Source of the DNA: Nitrospirota bacterium | GTDB lineage: Bacteria > UBA2233 | Direction: 5' to 3' | Length of the DNA stretch: 64,000 nucleotides | NCBI GenBank assembly: GCA_011620345.1 | Contig: WOZJ01000050.1 | Span: 151,976 to 215,975 of the forward strand | Shown: positions 18,310 to 29,987 of the stretch, one piece after another | Position numbering within the stretch: position 1 is the stretch's first letter | Layout: each line of letters begins with the position of its first letter | Made by a program: the position numbers and the translations under genes | Notes under the pieces: generated by a model | Database searches by the model: none | What the model saw: the letters and a program-made list of their open reading frames with translations, nothing else | Told to the model about the DNA's origin: nothing

Positions 18310-21300
18310 ATGGCTATTTCAAAAAAAAATAGTGCAAAGCTCCTTCGAAAGAGTTACGCACAAATAAAGACAGTCCTCGAGATACCAGACCTCTTAGAGC
18401 ACCAAAGACAATCGTACCGTCAATTCCTTCAGTTAGATATCGAACCTGAACATAGGGCTAAGGTTGGTATCGAAGGCGCATTTGACGCCATTTTTCCTCT
18501 CGAGGATTTTTCCGGGGAAGCGTCCTTGGAATACCTCCGGTACGAGCTTTACCCTCCTAAGCATGACGAGGAAGAGTGTAGGGAGAGGGGGTTAACTTAT
18601 GCCTACACCATGAAGGTCATATTTCGGCTTGTCTTGAACGAGATCGACCCTGAAACGCGCGCCCGTAGCATTCGGGACATGAGGGAGCAGGATACCTACT
18701 TCGGCGAGATTCCAGCAATGACCGAGAGGGGAACCTTCATTGTCGACGGGGTCGAGAGAGTGGTGGTCAACCAGCTCCACAGAAGCCCTGGCGTGTTCTT
18801 TGAGGTCGAAAAGCAAGCAGGAAGCACTACTGGTAAGCCGGTGTTTGCCGCTCGGGTCATTCCTTATCGTGGTTCATGGTTAGACCTTGAGTTCGCCTCG
18901 AACGAAAACCTCCAGCTGAAGATCGATAAGCGCAAAAAGCTTCCAATTGGCGTATTCCTCAGAGCGCTCGGGTTCTCAGAAGAATACCTGCTGAACTTCT
19001 TCTACGAAGGGAAAAAGGAGACGGTAGCAATCCGCAATGGCCAGGCGATTCTCTCGCTCGACAACCATGTCCATGCGGGGATCAAAGCGTATGCAGACTT
19101 CCTCCACCCTTCGGAGGATAGGATCCTGGTCGAAAAAGACAGAAAAATCACCCGAATGCTGCTCACGAAGCTTCGGGAAGAAAAAATTGAAACGTTTCGT
19201 CTCCCGCTTGAACAGCTAGAGGGAAGGGTGCTTGCCAGAACCTTGATTGACCCTGCAAGCGGAAAGGTTATTGCCAAGTGTAACGAAGAGTTGACTCGGG
19301 CCAAGATCGAGGCGATTGGCGGCTCGGGCCTCGAGTCGTTCGAAGTCCTCTTTATTGACGAAGTCAAAAGCGATTCGGTAATGCGGAAAGCCCTGCTTCA
19401 GGATCAAGACAAATGCAAGACCGCGTTCGAGGCTCAAAAGGAGATTGTGCGTAGGTTAAGGCCTGGGAGCGGTCTAACGAGCATCACGGAAGAGCTTGCA
19501 GGGCAATTTCTGAACGATCTACTGTTTAACCCGGAACGCTACGATTTAACCAGGGTTGGAAGGCACAAGCTCAACCTCAAGCTAAGAGATGTGTTCAAAG
19601 CAAAGGGCTTCGAATCTGGGCACCCTGAAGAGCGGATACTGCGCAAGGAGGACATTCTTTGCGTCATCGATTACCTGCTTCGCCTAAAAGCCGGGCTGCC
19701 ATGGGTGACGCCGGACGACATTGACCACTTGGGCAACCGTAGGGTTAGGACAGTTGGAGAGCTCGTCGAGAACCATTTTAGACTTGGACTCCTTCGGATG
19801 ACGAGAGCGATTAGGGAGCGTTTCAGTTCTGCCTCATCGATAGCCGACCTCATGCCCCATGACCTGGTAAATCCCAAGCCCGTAATGGCTGTCCTTAAAG
19901 AGTTCTTCGGAAGTTCGCAACTCTCTCAGTTCATGGACCAAACAAACCCGCTTGCGGAAACCACGCACAAGAGGCGGCTAAGCGCATTGGGCCCTGGGGG
20001 GCTTACTCGGGAAAGGGCCGGGTTCGAGGTTCGAGACGTTCATCCGTCTCATTACGGAAGGATCTGCCCGATCGAGACACCGGAGGGGCAAAACATTGGG
20101 TTAATTTCTTCGCTTACCACCTACGCCCGAATCAATGAATTCGGGTTTATCGAAACGCCCTACAGGCGGGTTATCGACGGGAAGGTCGTCGACGAGATCG
20201 TCTATCTTGCGGCATATGAAGAAGAAGACCACGCCATTGCCCAAGCGAACGAACCTGTAGACGAGGATGGCCGCTTCAAATCCAGCCTTTTACTATGCCG
20301 AAGAAGTGGAGAGTTTGTCCGAGTACCACCGAGCGAGGTCGACTACATGGACGTCTCTCCTGCTCAACTTGTAAGCATCGCTGCCTCCTTGATCCCTTTC
20401 CTGGAGCACGACGACGCGAATAGGGCATTAATGGGCTCGAACATGCAAAGACAGGCGGTTCCGCTTGTCAACCCTGAACCTCCAGTCGTAGGAACCGGTA
20501 TCGAGAGCGTGGTTGCACGAGATTCAAGGCTATGCATTCAAGCGAAACGATCGGGAGTTGTGGAGAGTGTCGATGCCAACCGGATTGTAATCCGCCCGTT
20601 CGGAGAGGCTGATGCGCTCATGTCCGTCGTGGATGTATACCGGCTGGAGAAGTTTAGAAAGTCCAATCAAAATACATCCCTAAGCCAAAGACCTATGGTT
20701 CGGGTAGGCATGCGCGTCCAAGGAGGAGAGGTTTTGGCGGACGGCCCATCGATGTCAAGGGGGGAACTGTCGCTAGGAAAGAATATCTTGGTAGCGTTTA
20801 TGCCGTGGGGTGGGTACAACTTTGAGGACTCCATCGTCGTGAGCGAACGGCTTGTCCGAGAAGATGTGTTCACCTCCGTGCATATCGAGGATTTCGAATG
20901 CGTAGCCCGAGAAACAAAGCTCGGAAAAGAAGAAATTACTAGAGATATTCCGAACGTCGGAGATCAGGCTCTAAAAGATTTGGACGAATCGGGTGTTGTA
21001 CGGATCGGGGCCTACGTTGTGCCGGGTGACATTCTAGTGGGCAAAATAACCCCCAAGGGAGAAACTCAGCTATCACCGGAAGAGAAGCTTCTGCGTGCAA
21101 TCTTTGGCGACAAGGCAAGCGATGTCAAGGATACTTCGCTTCGTGTGCCGCCGGGGGTTGAAGGAACGGTTATCGGCGCCCGAATTTTTACCAAAAAGGG
21201 CGGCGATAAAGATGATTATGGCATGCTTGACGAACGAGAGGAGCTTCAGAGGCTAAGAAGCCTGATGCAAGAGGAACTCCGGATCATCGAAAAGAGCTTT

Positions 21301-22530
21301 CTTCGCCATGTCCGCTCTAGCCTCGAAGGCAAGGTACTTGGCCAAGATGTTCAGCTCAAGCTCAAGCTCAAACAGGGGACGGTTCTTGACAGGGCCCTTC
21401 TTGATACGCTTCAAAAAGAAGACCTAAGGAGGCTGATCCTTGAGGATCAGGATATCAGGAAGAACCTCTCTGATTCGTGGACCTCTTACGAGCTTCAAGC
21501 CTCAGAACTGATCGAATTTTATAACCGAAAGATCCAAAAACTCAAGAAGGGGGAAGAGCTTCCCTCTGGGGTTCTCAAAAAAGTACGGGTAATCCTGGCC
21601 ATCAAACGAAAGCTCCATATAGGAGACAAGATGGCGGGGCGGCATGGAAACAAGGGAGTCGTCTCCGTCATTCTTCCGATTGAAGCCATGCCTTTCGTGG
21701 CCGATGGAACTCCCGTCGATATGGTGCTCAACCCTCTCGGCGTTCCATCGAGGATGAACCTTGGCCAGATCCTAGAAGCCCATATTGGATGGGGCTGTCA
21801 CGAATATGCAAAAAAGCTTGAAGAACATCTCAAAAGAAAGCGAGAAGGACTAAGAAAATACATCTCACAGGTTCTCCTTGAATTTTACGACTCAAAGGAG
21901 GCTCAGGATTTTCTCGAGAAGTTAGACGATGAAGAATTCTTCGAGTATGTCCAATTCCTCACCCAAAATGGCGTTCACATAACCACGAGCGTTTTTGACG
22001 GTGCAAAGGAAGCAGACATCAAAGAGCTGTTGGCCAAGGTTGGACTGCCGACATCCGGACAGACTGTGCTATACGACGGACGTACGGGTGAACCGTTCTT
22101 GAATCAGGTAACGGTCGGGTATATGTACATGCTTAAGCTAATCCACTTGGCTGCGGAAAAGATTCATTCTCGGTCAATCGGACCGTACTCGCTCGTTACT
22201 CAGCAGCCCCTTGGCGGGAAAGCTCAGTTCGGAGGCCAGAGGCTTGGCGAGATGGAGGTGTGGGCCATGGAGGCATACGGTGCCGCGTTTGCCCTTCAAG
22301 AATTCCTAACAGTCAAATCGGACGACGTGCCAGGCCGAACAGCGATGTACGAGTCGATCGTCAAGGGCAAGTTCGAGCTCACATCGGGTATCCCGGAGTC
22401 GTTCAATGTCCTAATGAGAGAGCTAAGGTCGCTTGCGCTGGACATCGAATTGGTGGAATCCAATGGAAATGGAACAGACCTAAGCCTTAAACAAGAAGGT
22501 GCTAAGGAAAAAGAAAGGCGTTCCAAATAG
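18310..22530 (+). CDS. rpoB: RNA polymerase beta subunit
   Basis: SQLSQFMDQTNPL, GDKMAGRHGNKG, GGQRLGEME; ATG 18310 after AAGGA (ORF open from 18280). Confidence 0.99.
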   Translation: MAISKKNSAKLLRKSYAQIKTVLEIPDLLEHQRQSYRQFLQLDIEPEHRAKVGIEGAFDAIFPLEDFSGEASLEYLRYELYPPKHDEEECRERGLTYAYTMKVIFRLVLNEIDPETRARSIRDMREQDTYFGEIPAMTERGTFIVDGVERVVVNQLHRSPGVFFEVEKQAGSTTGKPVFAARVIPYRGSWLDLEFASNENLQLKIDKRKKLPIGVFLRALGFSEEYLLNFFYEGKKETVAIRNGQAILSLDNHVHAGIKAYADFLHPSEDRILVEKDRKITRMLLTKLREEKIETFRLPLEQLEGRVLARTLIDPASGKVIAKCNEELTRAKIEAIGGSGLESFEVLFIDEVKSDSVMRKALLQDQDKCKTAFEAQKEIVRRLRPGSGLTSITEELAGQFLNDLLFNPERYDLTRVGRHKLNLKLRDVFKAKGFESGHPEERILRKEDILCVIDYLLRLKAGLPWVTPDDIDHLGNRRVRTVGELVENHFRLGLLRMTRAIRERFSSASSIADLMPHDLVNPKPVMAVLKEFFGSSQLSQFMDQTNPLAETTHKRRLSALGPGGLTRERAGFEVRDVHPSHYGRICPIETPEGQNIGLISSLTTYARINEFGFIETPYRRVIDGKVVDEIVYLAAYEEEDHAIAQANEPVDEDGRFKSSLLLCRRSGEFVRVPPSEVDYMDVSPAQLVSIAASLIPFLEHDDANRALMGSNMQRQAVPLVNPEPPVVGTGIESVVARDSRLCIQAKRSGVVESVDANRIVIRPFGEADALMSVVDVYRLEKFRKSNQNTSLSQRPMVRVGMRVQGGEVLADGPSMSRGELSLGKNILVAFMPWGGYNFEDSIVVSERLVREDVFTSVHIEDFECVARETKLGKEEITRDIPNVGDQALKDLDESGVVRIGAYVVPGDILVGKITPKGETQLSPEEKLLRAIFGDKASDVKDTSLRVPPGVEGTVIGARIFTKKGGDKDDYGMLDEREELQRLRSLMQEELRIIEKSFLRHVRSSLEGKVLGQDVQLKLKLKQGTVLDRALLDTLQKEDLRRLILEDQDIRKNLSDSWTSYELQASELIEFYNRKIQKLKKGEELPSGVLKKVRVILAIKRKLHIGDKMAGRHGNKGVVSVILPIEAMPFVADGTPVDMVLNPLGVPSRMNLGQILEAHIGWGCHEYAKKLEEHLKRKREGLRKYISQVLLEFYDSKEAQDFLEKLDDEEFFEYVQFLTQNGVHITTSVFDGAKEADIKELLAKVGLPTSGQTVLYDGRTGEPFLNQVTVGYMYMLKLIHLAAEKIHSRSIGPYSLVTQQPLGGKAQFGGQRLGEMEVWAMEAYGAAFALQEFLTVKSDDVPGRTAMYESIVKGKFELTSGIPESFNVLMRELRSLALDIELVESNGNGTDLSLKQEGAKEKERRSK

Positions 22531-22560
22531 CCTAGCGAACAGAAGGGGTAAGATTGAGAT

Positions 22561-25500
22561 ATGGACTATGAATATTTGCTCGAAAAGCCGAAGAATCCGA
22601 TGGTCTTTAAGGCGATCAAGCTCTCTCTTGCCTCTCCGGACACAATCCGAGGATGGTCACACGGGGAAGTTAAAAAGCCGGAAACGATCAATTATAGAAC
22701 ATTTAAGCCCGAAAGGGATGGGCTGTTCTGTGCGCGGATTTTTGGGCCAACCGTCAGCTACGAATGCTACTGCGGCAGGTACAAAAAAATGCGCCATTGG
22801 GGCGTCATTTGCGAGAAATGTGGCGTTGAGGTCACCCATTCTCGTGTGCGTCGAGAGCGGATGGGACACATTAACCTCGTGGCCCCTGTAGCACATATCT
22901 GGTTCGTGAAATCGGTTCCTTCCAAGATTGGGGCGCTGCTAGACTTGAGCATCCGCGAACTCGAGCGCGTCATCTACTTCGAGTCCTATGTCGTCATCGA
23001 TCCGGCAAATTCAAGCCTCCAAGCTGGAGAACTTATCTCCGAAGAAAAGTACAGGGCGTTGCACAAGGATTTTCCGGATTTAAGAGCAGGAATCGGTGCG
23101 GAGGCCCTCAAGACAATGCTTTCCAAGATAAACATTGAGCGGCTCTGCAAAGGACTCCGTGCCGACATGCGTGGGGCTAACTCCGAGGCTAAGCGGAGGA
23201 AGGCAGCCAAGCGGCTCAAGGTTGCCGAGGCGTTTCACTACGTGAAATGCATAAATAAAACCCTTCAAGACTTTCTCGTCAACGCCCCAGAAGACAAGAT
23301 GGCCAAGCTCAAAGAGATGTCCGCGTATCTAGAGGATTGGATAACGAGGAAAGAAGAGGCTACAAGCCCTGAGGTAATGCAATCTCTGGATGAGCAAGTC
23401 CTGCAGGAGCTCAACCGCTTTACGCGGGCCAAAGAGCTCGACCCATCCGAAGTTCAACAGCTCGAAATGATGTACAAAAAGGCTAACCGCCCAGAATGGA
23501 TGATTCTGGAAGTCGTTCCTATTCTTCCTCCGGACCTAAGACCCCTTGTGTCTCTGGATGGCGGACAGTTTGCCACATCCGACTTAAACGATCTCTACCG
23601 ACAAGTGATCAATCGAAACAACCGCCTTAAGAGGCTTATCGAGCTTCAGGCGCCAGATATCATCGTTCGGAACGAAAAACGAATGCTTCAGGAGGCCGTA
23701 GACGCGCTGTTTGACAACGGCAGAAGGGGTAGGCCAGTAACGGGAACAAACCGTCGGCCGCTTAAGTCCTTGTCCGACATGATCAAAGGAAAGACGGGTA
23801 GGTTTCGACAAAACCTTCTCGGTAAGAGGGTGGATTACTCGGGCAGGGCGGTTATTGTGGTTGGTCCCGAACTGAGACTGCACCAGTGCGGCCTTCCGAA
23901 GAAAATGGCACTTGAGCTGTTCAAGCCGTTCATTCTCAATCAATTAGAGAAAATGGGGCATATCTCGACGATCAAGGCGGGCAGGAAGATGATCGAGCGC
24001 GAGGAACCTGAGGTTTGGGATGCCCTTGAAGAGGTAACCAGAGAGCACCCTGTCCTGCTGAACCGTGCGCCGACACTCCATAGGCTGAGTATGCGTGCGT
24101 TTGAGCCGATTCTAGTCGAGGGAGACTCGATCAGGCTGCACCCGCTCGTGTGTTCGGCTTACAACGCCGACTTCGACGGAGACCAAATGGCCGTGCACGT
24201 TCCTCTATCAATTGAGGCGCAAGCAGAAGCCAGGGTGCTCCTGCTTGCCTCGAACAATATTTTGTCGCCCTCGAACGGCAAGCCCGTGATTGCCCCTTCC
24301 CAGGACATGGTACTCGGGCTTTATTACCTTACTAGGGAAAGGCCGCTTGTCAAGGGACACGGGATGGCATTTGGAAGTATTGAAGAGGTTCGCCTTGCAT
24401 ACGACTCCGGAGTGGCCGATTTGCATGCCAGGGTGAAGTTGAGGATCGACGGGCGGATTATAAACACTACTGTTGGACGTGCTTTGCTCTACGAGCTCTT
24501 CCCAAAAGAAATCTCGTTCGATCAGGTCAACAAGGTAGTTAACAAAAGAGTGATCGCTGACCTTCTAGACCACGTGTACCGCAAAAGCGGGATGAAAGCA
24601 GCCGTTGTGTTGGCCGACAGAGTGAAAGACCTAGGGTTTGAAATAGCCGCTAGGGCTGGTATCAGCATCTCGATGGACAACCTTGTGATCCCTGAAAAGA
24701 AGCAGAAAATCCTCGAAAAGGCCAACAAAGAGGTGCTCGAAGTAGCCAAGCAGTATGCCAAGGGGCTGATTACAGAAGGAGAGCGATACAACAAGGTTGT
24801 TGACATCTGGGCAAAAGCAACGGATGCGGTTACCCAAGAGCTGTTCAAGGAGCTAAGCGTAGAGGAGGTCGAGGCTTCGGATGGGTCGCGCCAATCGCTG
24901 CAAAGCCTCAATCCAATCTATATCATGCTTGATTCGGGAGCCAGGGGCTCTGCTCAACAGATCCGTCAGCTGGCTGGCATGCGGGGTCTTATGGCAAAAC
25001 CCTCCGGTGCGATCATCGAAACCCCAATTGAGGCGAATTTCAAAGAGGGCCTGAGCGTTCTCCAATATTTCATCTCGACACATGGTGCAAGAAAAGGGTT
25101 GGCTGATACGGCGCTTAAGACTGCCAACGCAGGGTACCTCACGCGGAGGCTCGTAGACGTTGCTCAGGATATCGTTGTCCTAGATGATGATTGCGGGACA
25201 ATCGATAGCCTGGAGATAAGAAGCCTGATTAAAGGCGGGGAAATCATCGAACGTCTTGGAGAAAGGCTTCTCGGCTACGTGACGTTCGAGGACGTCTACG
25301 ATAAGGTTAGCGGAGAACTGGTAGCCCCCAAAGACGCAGAGATCGATGAAGACCTTGCCAGCAAGATCGAAGACGCGGGCATCGAAAGCGTTCGAGTCCG
25401 AAGCGTGCTCACTTGCAAGTCTAAGTTCGGGGTGTGCAGAAAATGTTACGGGCGAGATCTTGCCGCCGGAAGGATGGTCGAGAATGGGACGCCCGTCGGC

Positions 25501-26934
25501 ATTATCGCGGCTCAGTCAATCGGCGAGCCCGGTACGCAGCTGACCATGCGTACGTTCCATATTGGAGGAACGGCGTTTGTAGTAGAAGAAAGCTTCATCG
25601 AATGTAGGTTCGATGGTCGGGTGGAGTATCGAAGCCTTCAGTTTGTCGAGGACCGTAATGGAAACATCCTCGTCATGAACCGAAACGGGGAAATTGTTAT
25701 CAAAGATCCCAACGACAATGAGCGCGAGCGTTACCACGTAGTCTACGGTTCAAGGCTTCTGGTCAGGAATGGTCAGGAAGTCCACCCAAACACCCGACTG
25801 GCGGAATGGGACCCGTACAACACTCCGATTATCACGAACGTGAGCGGAAGTGTCCGTTTTCGCGACCTGATCGAAAAAGACACGCTCGAGGAGAGGATCG
25901 ACAAGCATACAGGGCTTGCCACAAAAGTCGTTATCCCTTCAAAGAACTACGAGTTGAAGCCGAGCTTGATTATTGTGGACGAAGTGGGAAATCCCACGAT
26001 TCAACTGCTTGGATCCGGGAAAGAGGCAGAGGTGCGCTACTTTCTTCCGGTAGGCGCAATGATTTCCGTAGAAGACGGAGCCCCTGTTGTCGCGGGGGAT
26101 GTTCTTGCCCGTATTCCCACGGAAAGTGCAAAAACAAAAGATATCACAGGCGGCTTACCTAGGGTCGTCGAGCTTTTTGAAGGGCGCAGGCCCAAGGATA
26201 CGGCAATCATTTCGGAAATCGACGGGACGGTTTTCTTCGAGGAAGACTCGAAACAGCAGACCCGCGGCAGGCGCAAAATTGTCCTGATTCCAGACGTAGG
26301 CGATAGAAAAGAGTACCTTATTCCGCAAGGCAAGCATATCATCGTTCATGACGGTGACCGCGTAAAGGCGGGTGAGCAGCTCACAGAAGGCTCCCCAAAT
26401 CCTCACGACTTATTGGCCGTTTTAGGGGAGCTGGAGCTTGCAAGGTATGTTGTGGACGAGATTCAAGAAGTGTACAGACTTCAGGGCGTTCGGATTCATG
26501 ATAAACATATCCAGGTAATTGTCCGGCAAATGCTTAAGCGCGTCTTAATCAAGGACGTTGGCGATACAGATTTCATTATAGGGGAATCTATAGAGAAGTG
26601 GACGTTCGAAGAAGAGAACAGGCGTATGCGTCGCGAGGAAAAGGGGCCGGCTGTGGCTGAACCCCTCTTTTTAGGGATCACACGGGCTGCGTTGATTACA
26701 GAAAGCTTCGTTTCTGCAGCCTCATTCCAGGAAACGACGAAGGTTCTTACGGAGGCATCTCTCCAAGGGAAGGTCGACCAGCTGCGAGGCCTAAAGGAGA
26801 ACGTAATCATGGGGAGGGTTATCCCTGCGGGTACCGGATTGGCCATGGAGAAATTCCACAAGATGGACCTAGAGATCGAAAGGCCGCCTGAAGTCTTAGG
26901 GCCGGATGTAGAGGGGATTCTTAAGGTTGGATAG
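22561..26934 (+). CDS. rpoC: RNA polymerase beta' subunit (with ~79-aa clamp insertion and SI3/beta'i6 insert)
   Basis: NADFDGD, Zn fingers, [20 protein letters not shown]. Confidence 0.99.
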   Translation: MDYEYLLEKPKNPMVFKAIKLSLASPDTIRGWSHGEVKKPETINYRTFKPERDGLFCARIFGPTVSYECYCGRYKKMRHWGVICEKCGVEVTHSRVRRERMGHINLVAPVAHIWFVKSVPSKIGALLDLSIRELERVIYFESYVVIDPANSSLQAGELISEEKYRALHKDFPDLRAGIGAEALKTMLSKINIERLCKGLRADMRGANSEAKRRKAAKRLKVAEAFHYVKCINKTLQDFLVNAPEDKMAKLKEMSAYLEDWITRKEEATSPEVMQSLDEQVLQELNRFTRAKELDPSEVQQLEMMYKKANRPEWMILEVVPILPPDLRPLVSLDGGQFATSDLNDLYRQVINRNNRLKRLIELQAPDIIVRNEKRMLQEAVDALFDNGRRGRPVTGTNRRPLKSLSDMIKGKTGRFRQNLLGKRVDYSGRAVIVVGPELRLHQCGLPKKMALELFKPFILNQLEKMGHISTIKAGRKMIEREEPEVWDALEEVTREHPVLLNRAPTLHRLSMRAFEPILVEGDSIRLHPLVCSAYNADFDGDQMAVHVPLSIEAQAEARVLLLASNNILSPSNGKPVIAPSQDMVLGLYYLTRERPLVKGHGMAFGSIEEVRLAYDSGVADLHARVKLRIDGRIINTTVGRALLYELFPKEISFDQVNKVVNKRVIADLLDHVYRKSGMKAAVVLADRVKDLGFEIAARAGISISMDNLVIPEKKQKILEKANKEVLEVAKQYAKGLITEGERYNKVVDIWAKATDAVTQELFKELSVEEVEASDGSRQSLQSLNPIYIMLDSGARGSAQQIRQLAGMRGLMAKPSGAIIETPIEANFKEGLSVLQYFISTHGARKGLADTALKTANAGYLTRRLVDVAQDIVVLDDDCGTIDSLEIRSLIKGGEIIERLGERLLGYVTFEDVYDKVSGELVAPKDAEIDEDLASKIEDAGIESVRVRSVLTCKSKFGVCRKCYGRDLAAGRMVENGTPVGIIAAQSIGEPGTQLTMRTFHIGGTAFVVEESFIECRFDGRVEYRSLQFVEDRNGNILVMNRNGEIVIKDPNDNERERYHVVYGSRLLVRNGQEVHPNTRLAEWDPYNTPIITNVSGSVRFRDLIEKDTLEERIDKHTGLATKVVIPSKNYELKPSLIIVDEVGNPTIQLLGSGKEAEVRYFLPVGAMISVEDGAPVVAGDVLARIPTESAKTKDITGGLPRVVELFEGRRPKDTAIISEIDGTVFFEEDSKQQTRGRRKIVLIPDVGDRKEYLIPQGKHIIVHDGDRVKAGEQLTEGSPNPHDLLAVLGELELARYVVDEIQEVYRLQGVRIHDKHIQVIVRQMLKRVLIKDVGDTDFIIGESIEKWTFEEENRRMRREEKGPAVAEPLFLGITRAALITESFVSAASFQETTKVLTEASLQGKVDQLRGLKENVIMGRVIPAGTGLAMEKFHKMDLEIERPPEVLGPDVEGILKVG

Positions 26935-26942
26935 TCCATGAC

Positions 26943-26972
26943 TTGACAAGAAATCCAAATATGTTTTAAACT
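26943..26972 (+). promoter_or_regulatory. Sigma70 promoter for the str operon
   Basis: TTGACA (26943-48), 18 nt, TAAACT (26967-72) in an AT-rich gap before rpsL. Confidence 0.6.
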
Positions 26973-27018
26973 TTCTGTTTACGTACCTTTGGAGTAAGAC
27001 GAGCAGGAGTGAACTAGT

Positions 27019-27393
27019 ATGCCGACAATAAACCAGCTTGTGAGGCTTGGGCGTGAGAAGGCCAAAATAAGGACGGCATCCCCAGCCCTTGCAGGATGCC
27101 CGCAGAAACGTGGGGTTTGTATCCGCGTATATACGACAACACCGAAAAAGCCCAACTCCGCTCTTCGAAAAGTCGCGAGGGTACGGCTGACGAACGGCAA
27201 CGAGATTACCGTTTACATTCCGGGCGAAGGCCACAACCTTCAAGAGCACTCCGTCGTGCTTGTTCGCGGTGGAAGGGTAAAGGATCTTCCAGGTGTCCGG
27301 TACCATATCATTCGAGGGGCGTTGGATACTGCAGGAGTTAAAGAAAGACATCGAAGCCGTTCGAAATACGGAACGAAAAGACAGAAGAAGTAG
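27019..27393 (+). CDS. rpsL: 30S ribosomal protein S12
   Basis: [27 protein letters not shown]. Confidence 0.99.
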   Translation: MPTINQLVRLGREKAKIRTASPALAGCPQKRGVCIRVYTTTPKKPNSALRKVARVRLTNGNEITVYIPGEGHNLQEHSVVLVRGGRVKDLPGVRYHIIRGALDTAGVKERHRSRSKYGTKRQKK

Positions 27394-27399
27394 GGAGCC

Positions 27400-27870
27400 A
27401 TGGCCAGGAGAAGAAAGGCGGAAAAAAGAGAAGGCTTGCCGGACCCCGTTTTTGGGGATTTATTGGTTGGCCGATTTGTCAACAGTCTGATGCGTATGGG
27501 GAAGAAGAGCGTTGCGGAGCGCATCTTTTATGATGCGATGGAAGCGGTGAAGGATAAGGCCAAAGAGGATCCGCTGACGCTGTTCAAGAAGGCGCTAGAA
27601 AATGTAAAACCCCTCCTTGAAGTGCGGCCTAGGCGCGTGGGGGGTGCAACATACCAGGTTCCTGTAGAAGTTCGAGAGGAGCGAAGGGTCAGCTTGGCCG
27701 TAAAGTGGCTTATCACTTCCGCCAAGAAGCGTCAGGGGAGGGCAATGCAGGAAAAGTTAGCCCTTGAGCTGATCGATGCGTTCAACAACAGGGGGTTGAG
27801 CGTAAAGAAGAAGGAAGATACCCACAGGATGGCTGAGGGGAACAGGGCCTTCGCCCACCTTCGCTGGTAG
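27400..27870 (+). CDS. rpsG: 30S ribosomal protein S7
   Basis: [26 protein letters not shown]. Confidence 0.99.
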   Translation: MARRRKAEKREGLPDPVFGDLLVGRFVNSLMRMGKKSVAERIFYDAMEAVKDKAKEDPLTLFKKALENVKPLLEVRPRRVGGATYQVPVEVREERRVSLAVKWLITSAKKRQGRAMQEKLALELIDAFNNRGLSVKKKEDTHRMAEGNRAFAHLRW

Positions 27871-27909
27871 GCTCTCGCGCGTAGACCTTCTAGGATTGGA
27901 GAAAAAACC

Positions 27910-29985
27910 ATGGCAAGGCAAATACCGATCGAGAATGTGCGGAATATTGGGATAATGGCCCACATTGATGCGGGCAAGACGACCACTACTGAACGCATTC
28001 TCTACTACACGGGGATTGGCTATAAAATAGGCGAGGTCCACGAAGGAACCGCCACGATGGACTGGATGCCCCAAGAACAGGAACGAGGCATTACCATTAC
28101 ATCTGCGGCAACGACCTGTTTTTGGAAGGGGCATCGTATCAATATTATCGATACGCCGGGCCATGTCGATTTTACGATTGAGGTGGAACGTTCTCTTATG
28201 GTGCTTGACGGCGCCGTTGCCGTGTTTTGCGGCGTAGGGGGTGTCGAGCCTCAGTCAGAAACGGTATGGCGGCAGGCAAGCAAGTACCGGGTACCTAGGG
28301 TTGCGTTCATCAATAAGCTTGATAGGGTTGGGGCCGATTTTTTAGGTGTCGTCTCGCAGATCTATGATCGCCTGGGCGCCAAGCCGATCGTTATGCAGCT
28401 TCCGATTGGCCAAGAGGATGGCTTTGTCGGTATGGTTGATTTGGTTCGAAGAAAAGCCCTTGTTTGGGATGGTTCGTCGCTGGGCTCTGTCTACGAAGAG
28501 CTCGAAATCCCGGATAGCATGCAGGAGTCGGTAGCGGTCTACAGAGATAAGCTTGTTGAGGCAGCGGCTGATTACGACGACGAGGTGATGGAGCGATACC
28601 TAGCCGGCGAAGAGGCCTCGGAAGAGGCGCTAAAGCGGGCGATTCGCAAGGCAGCGCTAGGAAATCATGCTGTTCCAGTGTTCGGCGGATCGGCCTTCAA
28701 GAACAAAGGCGTTCAACCTTTGCTTGATGCCGTTATAAGCTACCTCCCTTCGCCGGTGGATATTCTTCCTATTACGGGCCATAACCCTGTCACAGATGAG
28801 CTGGAAATACGCGAGGCAAAAGACGATGCTCCGTTTTGCGCGCTTTCCTTCAAGATCATGACTGACCCGTACGTAGGTCAACTGACCTTCATTCGCGTAT
28901 ACTCTGGCGTGCTGAGTTCTGGAATGACCGTCATGAATGTCAAGAGGGGCAAAAAAGAGCGGATCGGAAGGTTGCTCAAGATGCATGCCAATAAGAAGGA
29001 AGAAATCAAAGAAGCGTACGCCGGTGATATTGCGGCGGCCGTAGGGCTGAAGACGGCAATCACCGGAGATACGCTCACCGATTTAAACCACCCACTCCTG
29101 ATTGAGCGTATGGAATTTCCCGAGCCTGTCATCTCGGTTGCCATTGAACCGGAAACGAAAGCAGACCAGGAAGCCTTGGGAGTTGCGCTAGGGAAGCTAA
29201 TGCTAGAAGATCCTTCGTTTCGGGTTAAGACGGACCCTGAAACCCAAGAAACGATCATCTCGGGGATGGGCGAGCTTCACCTAGAAATCATCGTCGACCG
29301 GTTGCTTCGGGAGTTCAAAGTGCAGGCCAACGTCGGAAAGCCTCAGGTGGCCTATAAAGAAACAATCCTAAGGAAAGTGACGCAAGAAGGGAAGTTTATC
29401 CGACAGACTGGCGGTAAGGGTCAGTACGGGCATGTGATCTTAGAAATCGAGCCGCTGGAAAGAGGCAAAGGGATAGAGTTCGAAGACAAGACAAAGGGAG
29501 GCTCGATCCCCAAAGAATTTATTTCACCCATCGAGAAAGGCGTCAAAGAGGCAGCGGAAACCGGTGTGTTCGCCGGGTACCCCGTTGTAGACCTAAAAAT
29601 TGCAGTCGTTGACGGGTCTTATCATGAGGTGGACTCTTCGGAAATCGCCTTTAAGATTGCAGGTTCGATGGCCTTTAAGGACGGAACAAAGAAAGCGCAT
29701 CCGGTTCTGCTCGAGCCTATCATGAAAGTCGAAGTTGTCGTTCCTGAGGAGTACGTCGGCGATGTTATCGGGGACATCAACGCGAGAAGGGGTAGGCTGG
29801 AGAACATGGAAATTCGCGGGGCGAACCAGGTGATACAGGCTATTGTCCCATTGGCGGAGATGTTCGGGTATGCTACCCAGCTTCGGTCTATGACGCAGGG
29901 GCGGGGGGTCTACACCATGCAGTTTTCGCATTACGATCAGGTTCCGGCAAGCATTGCACAAAGTATTGTTGCTTCGGCGGCATAG
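27910..29985 (+). CDS. fusA: Elongation factor G
   Basis: [37 protein letters not shown]. Confidence 0.99.
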   Translation: MARQIPIENVRNIGIMAHIDAGKTTTTERILYYTGIGYKIGEVHEGTATMDWMPQEQERGITITSAATTCFWKGHRINIIDTPGHVDFTIEVERSLMVLDGAVAVFCGVGGVEPQSETVWRQASKYRVPRVAFINKLDRVGADFLGVVSQIYDRLGAKPIVMQLPIGQEDGFVGMVDLVRRKALVWDGSSLGSVYEELEIPDSMQESVAVYRDKLVEAAADYDDEVMERYLAGEEASEEALKRAIRKAALGNHAVPVFGGSAFKNKGVQPLLDAVISYLPSPVDILPITGHNPVTDELEIREAKDDAPFCALSFKIMTDPYVGQLTFIRVYSGVLSSGMTVMNVKRGKKERIGRLLKMHANKKEEIKEAYAGDIAAAVGLKTAITGDTLTDLNHPLLIERMEFPEPVISVAIEPETKADQEALGVALGKLMLEDPSFRVKTDPETQETIISGMGELHLEIIVDRLLREFKVQANVGKPQVAYKETILRKVTQEGKFIRQTGGKGQYGHVILEIEPLERGKGIEFEDKTKGGSIPKEFISPIEKGVKEAAETGVFAGYPVVDLKIAVVDGSYHEVDSSEIAFKIAGSMAFKDGTKKAHPVLLEPIMKVEVVVPEEYVGDVIGDINARRGRLENMEIRGANQVIQAIVPLAEMFGYATQLRSMTQGRGVYTMQFSHYDQVPASIAQSIVASAA

Positions 29986-29987
29986 CA

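Noticed and set aside
21353-21370. (AGCTCA)x3 tandem repeat in rpoB
   Set aside because: Short, in-frame (QLKLKLK) and within a variable insert; no evidence of phase variation.
23236-23484. beta' insertion as an intein
   Set aside because: Only ~80 aa, with no block B TxxH and no terminal HN followed by C/S/T.
25570-26140. Large insert in the beta' trigger loop
   Set aside because: This is the known SI3/beta'i6 domain expected in proteobacterial-type RNAP.
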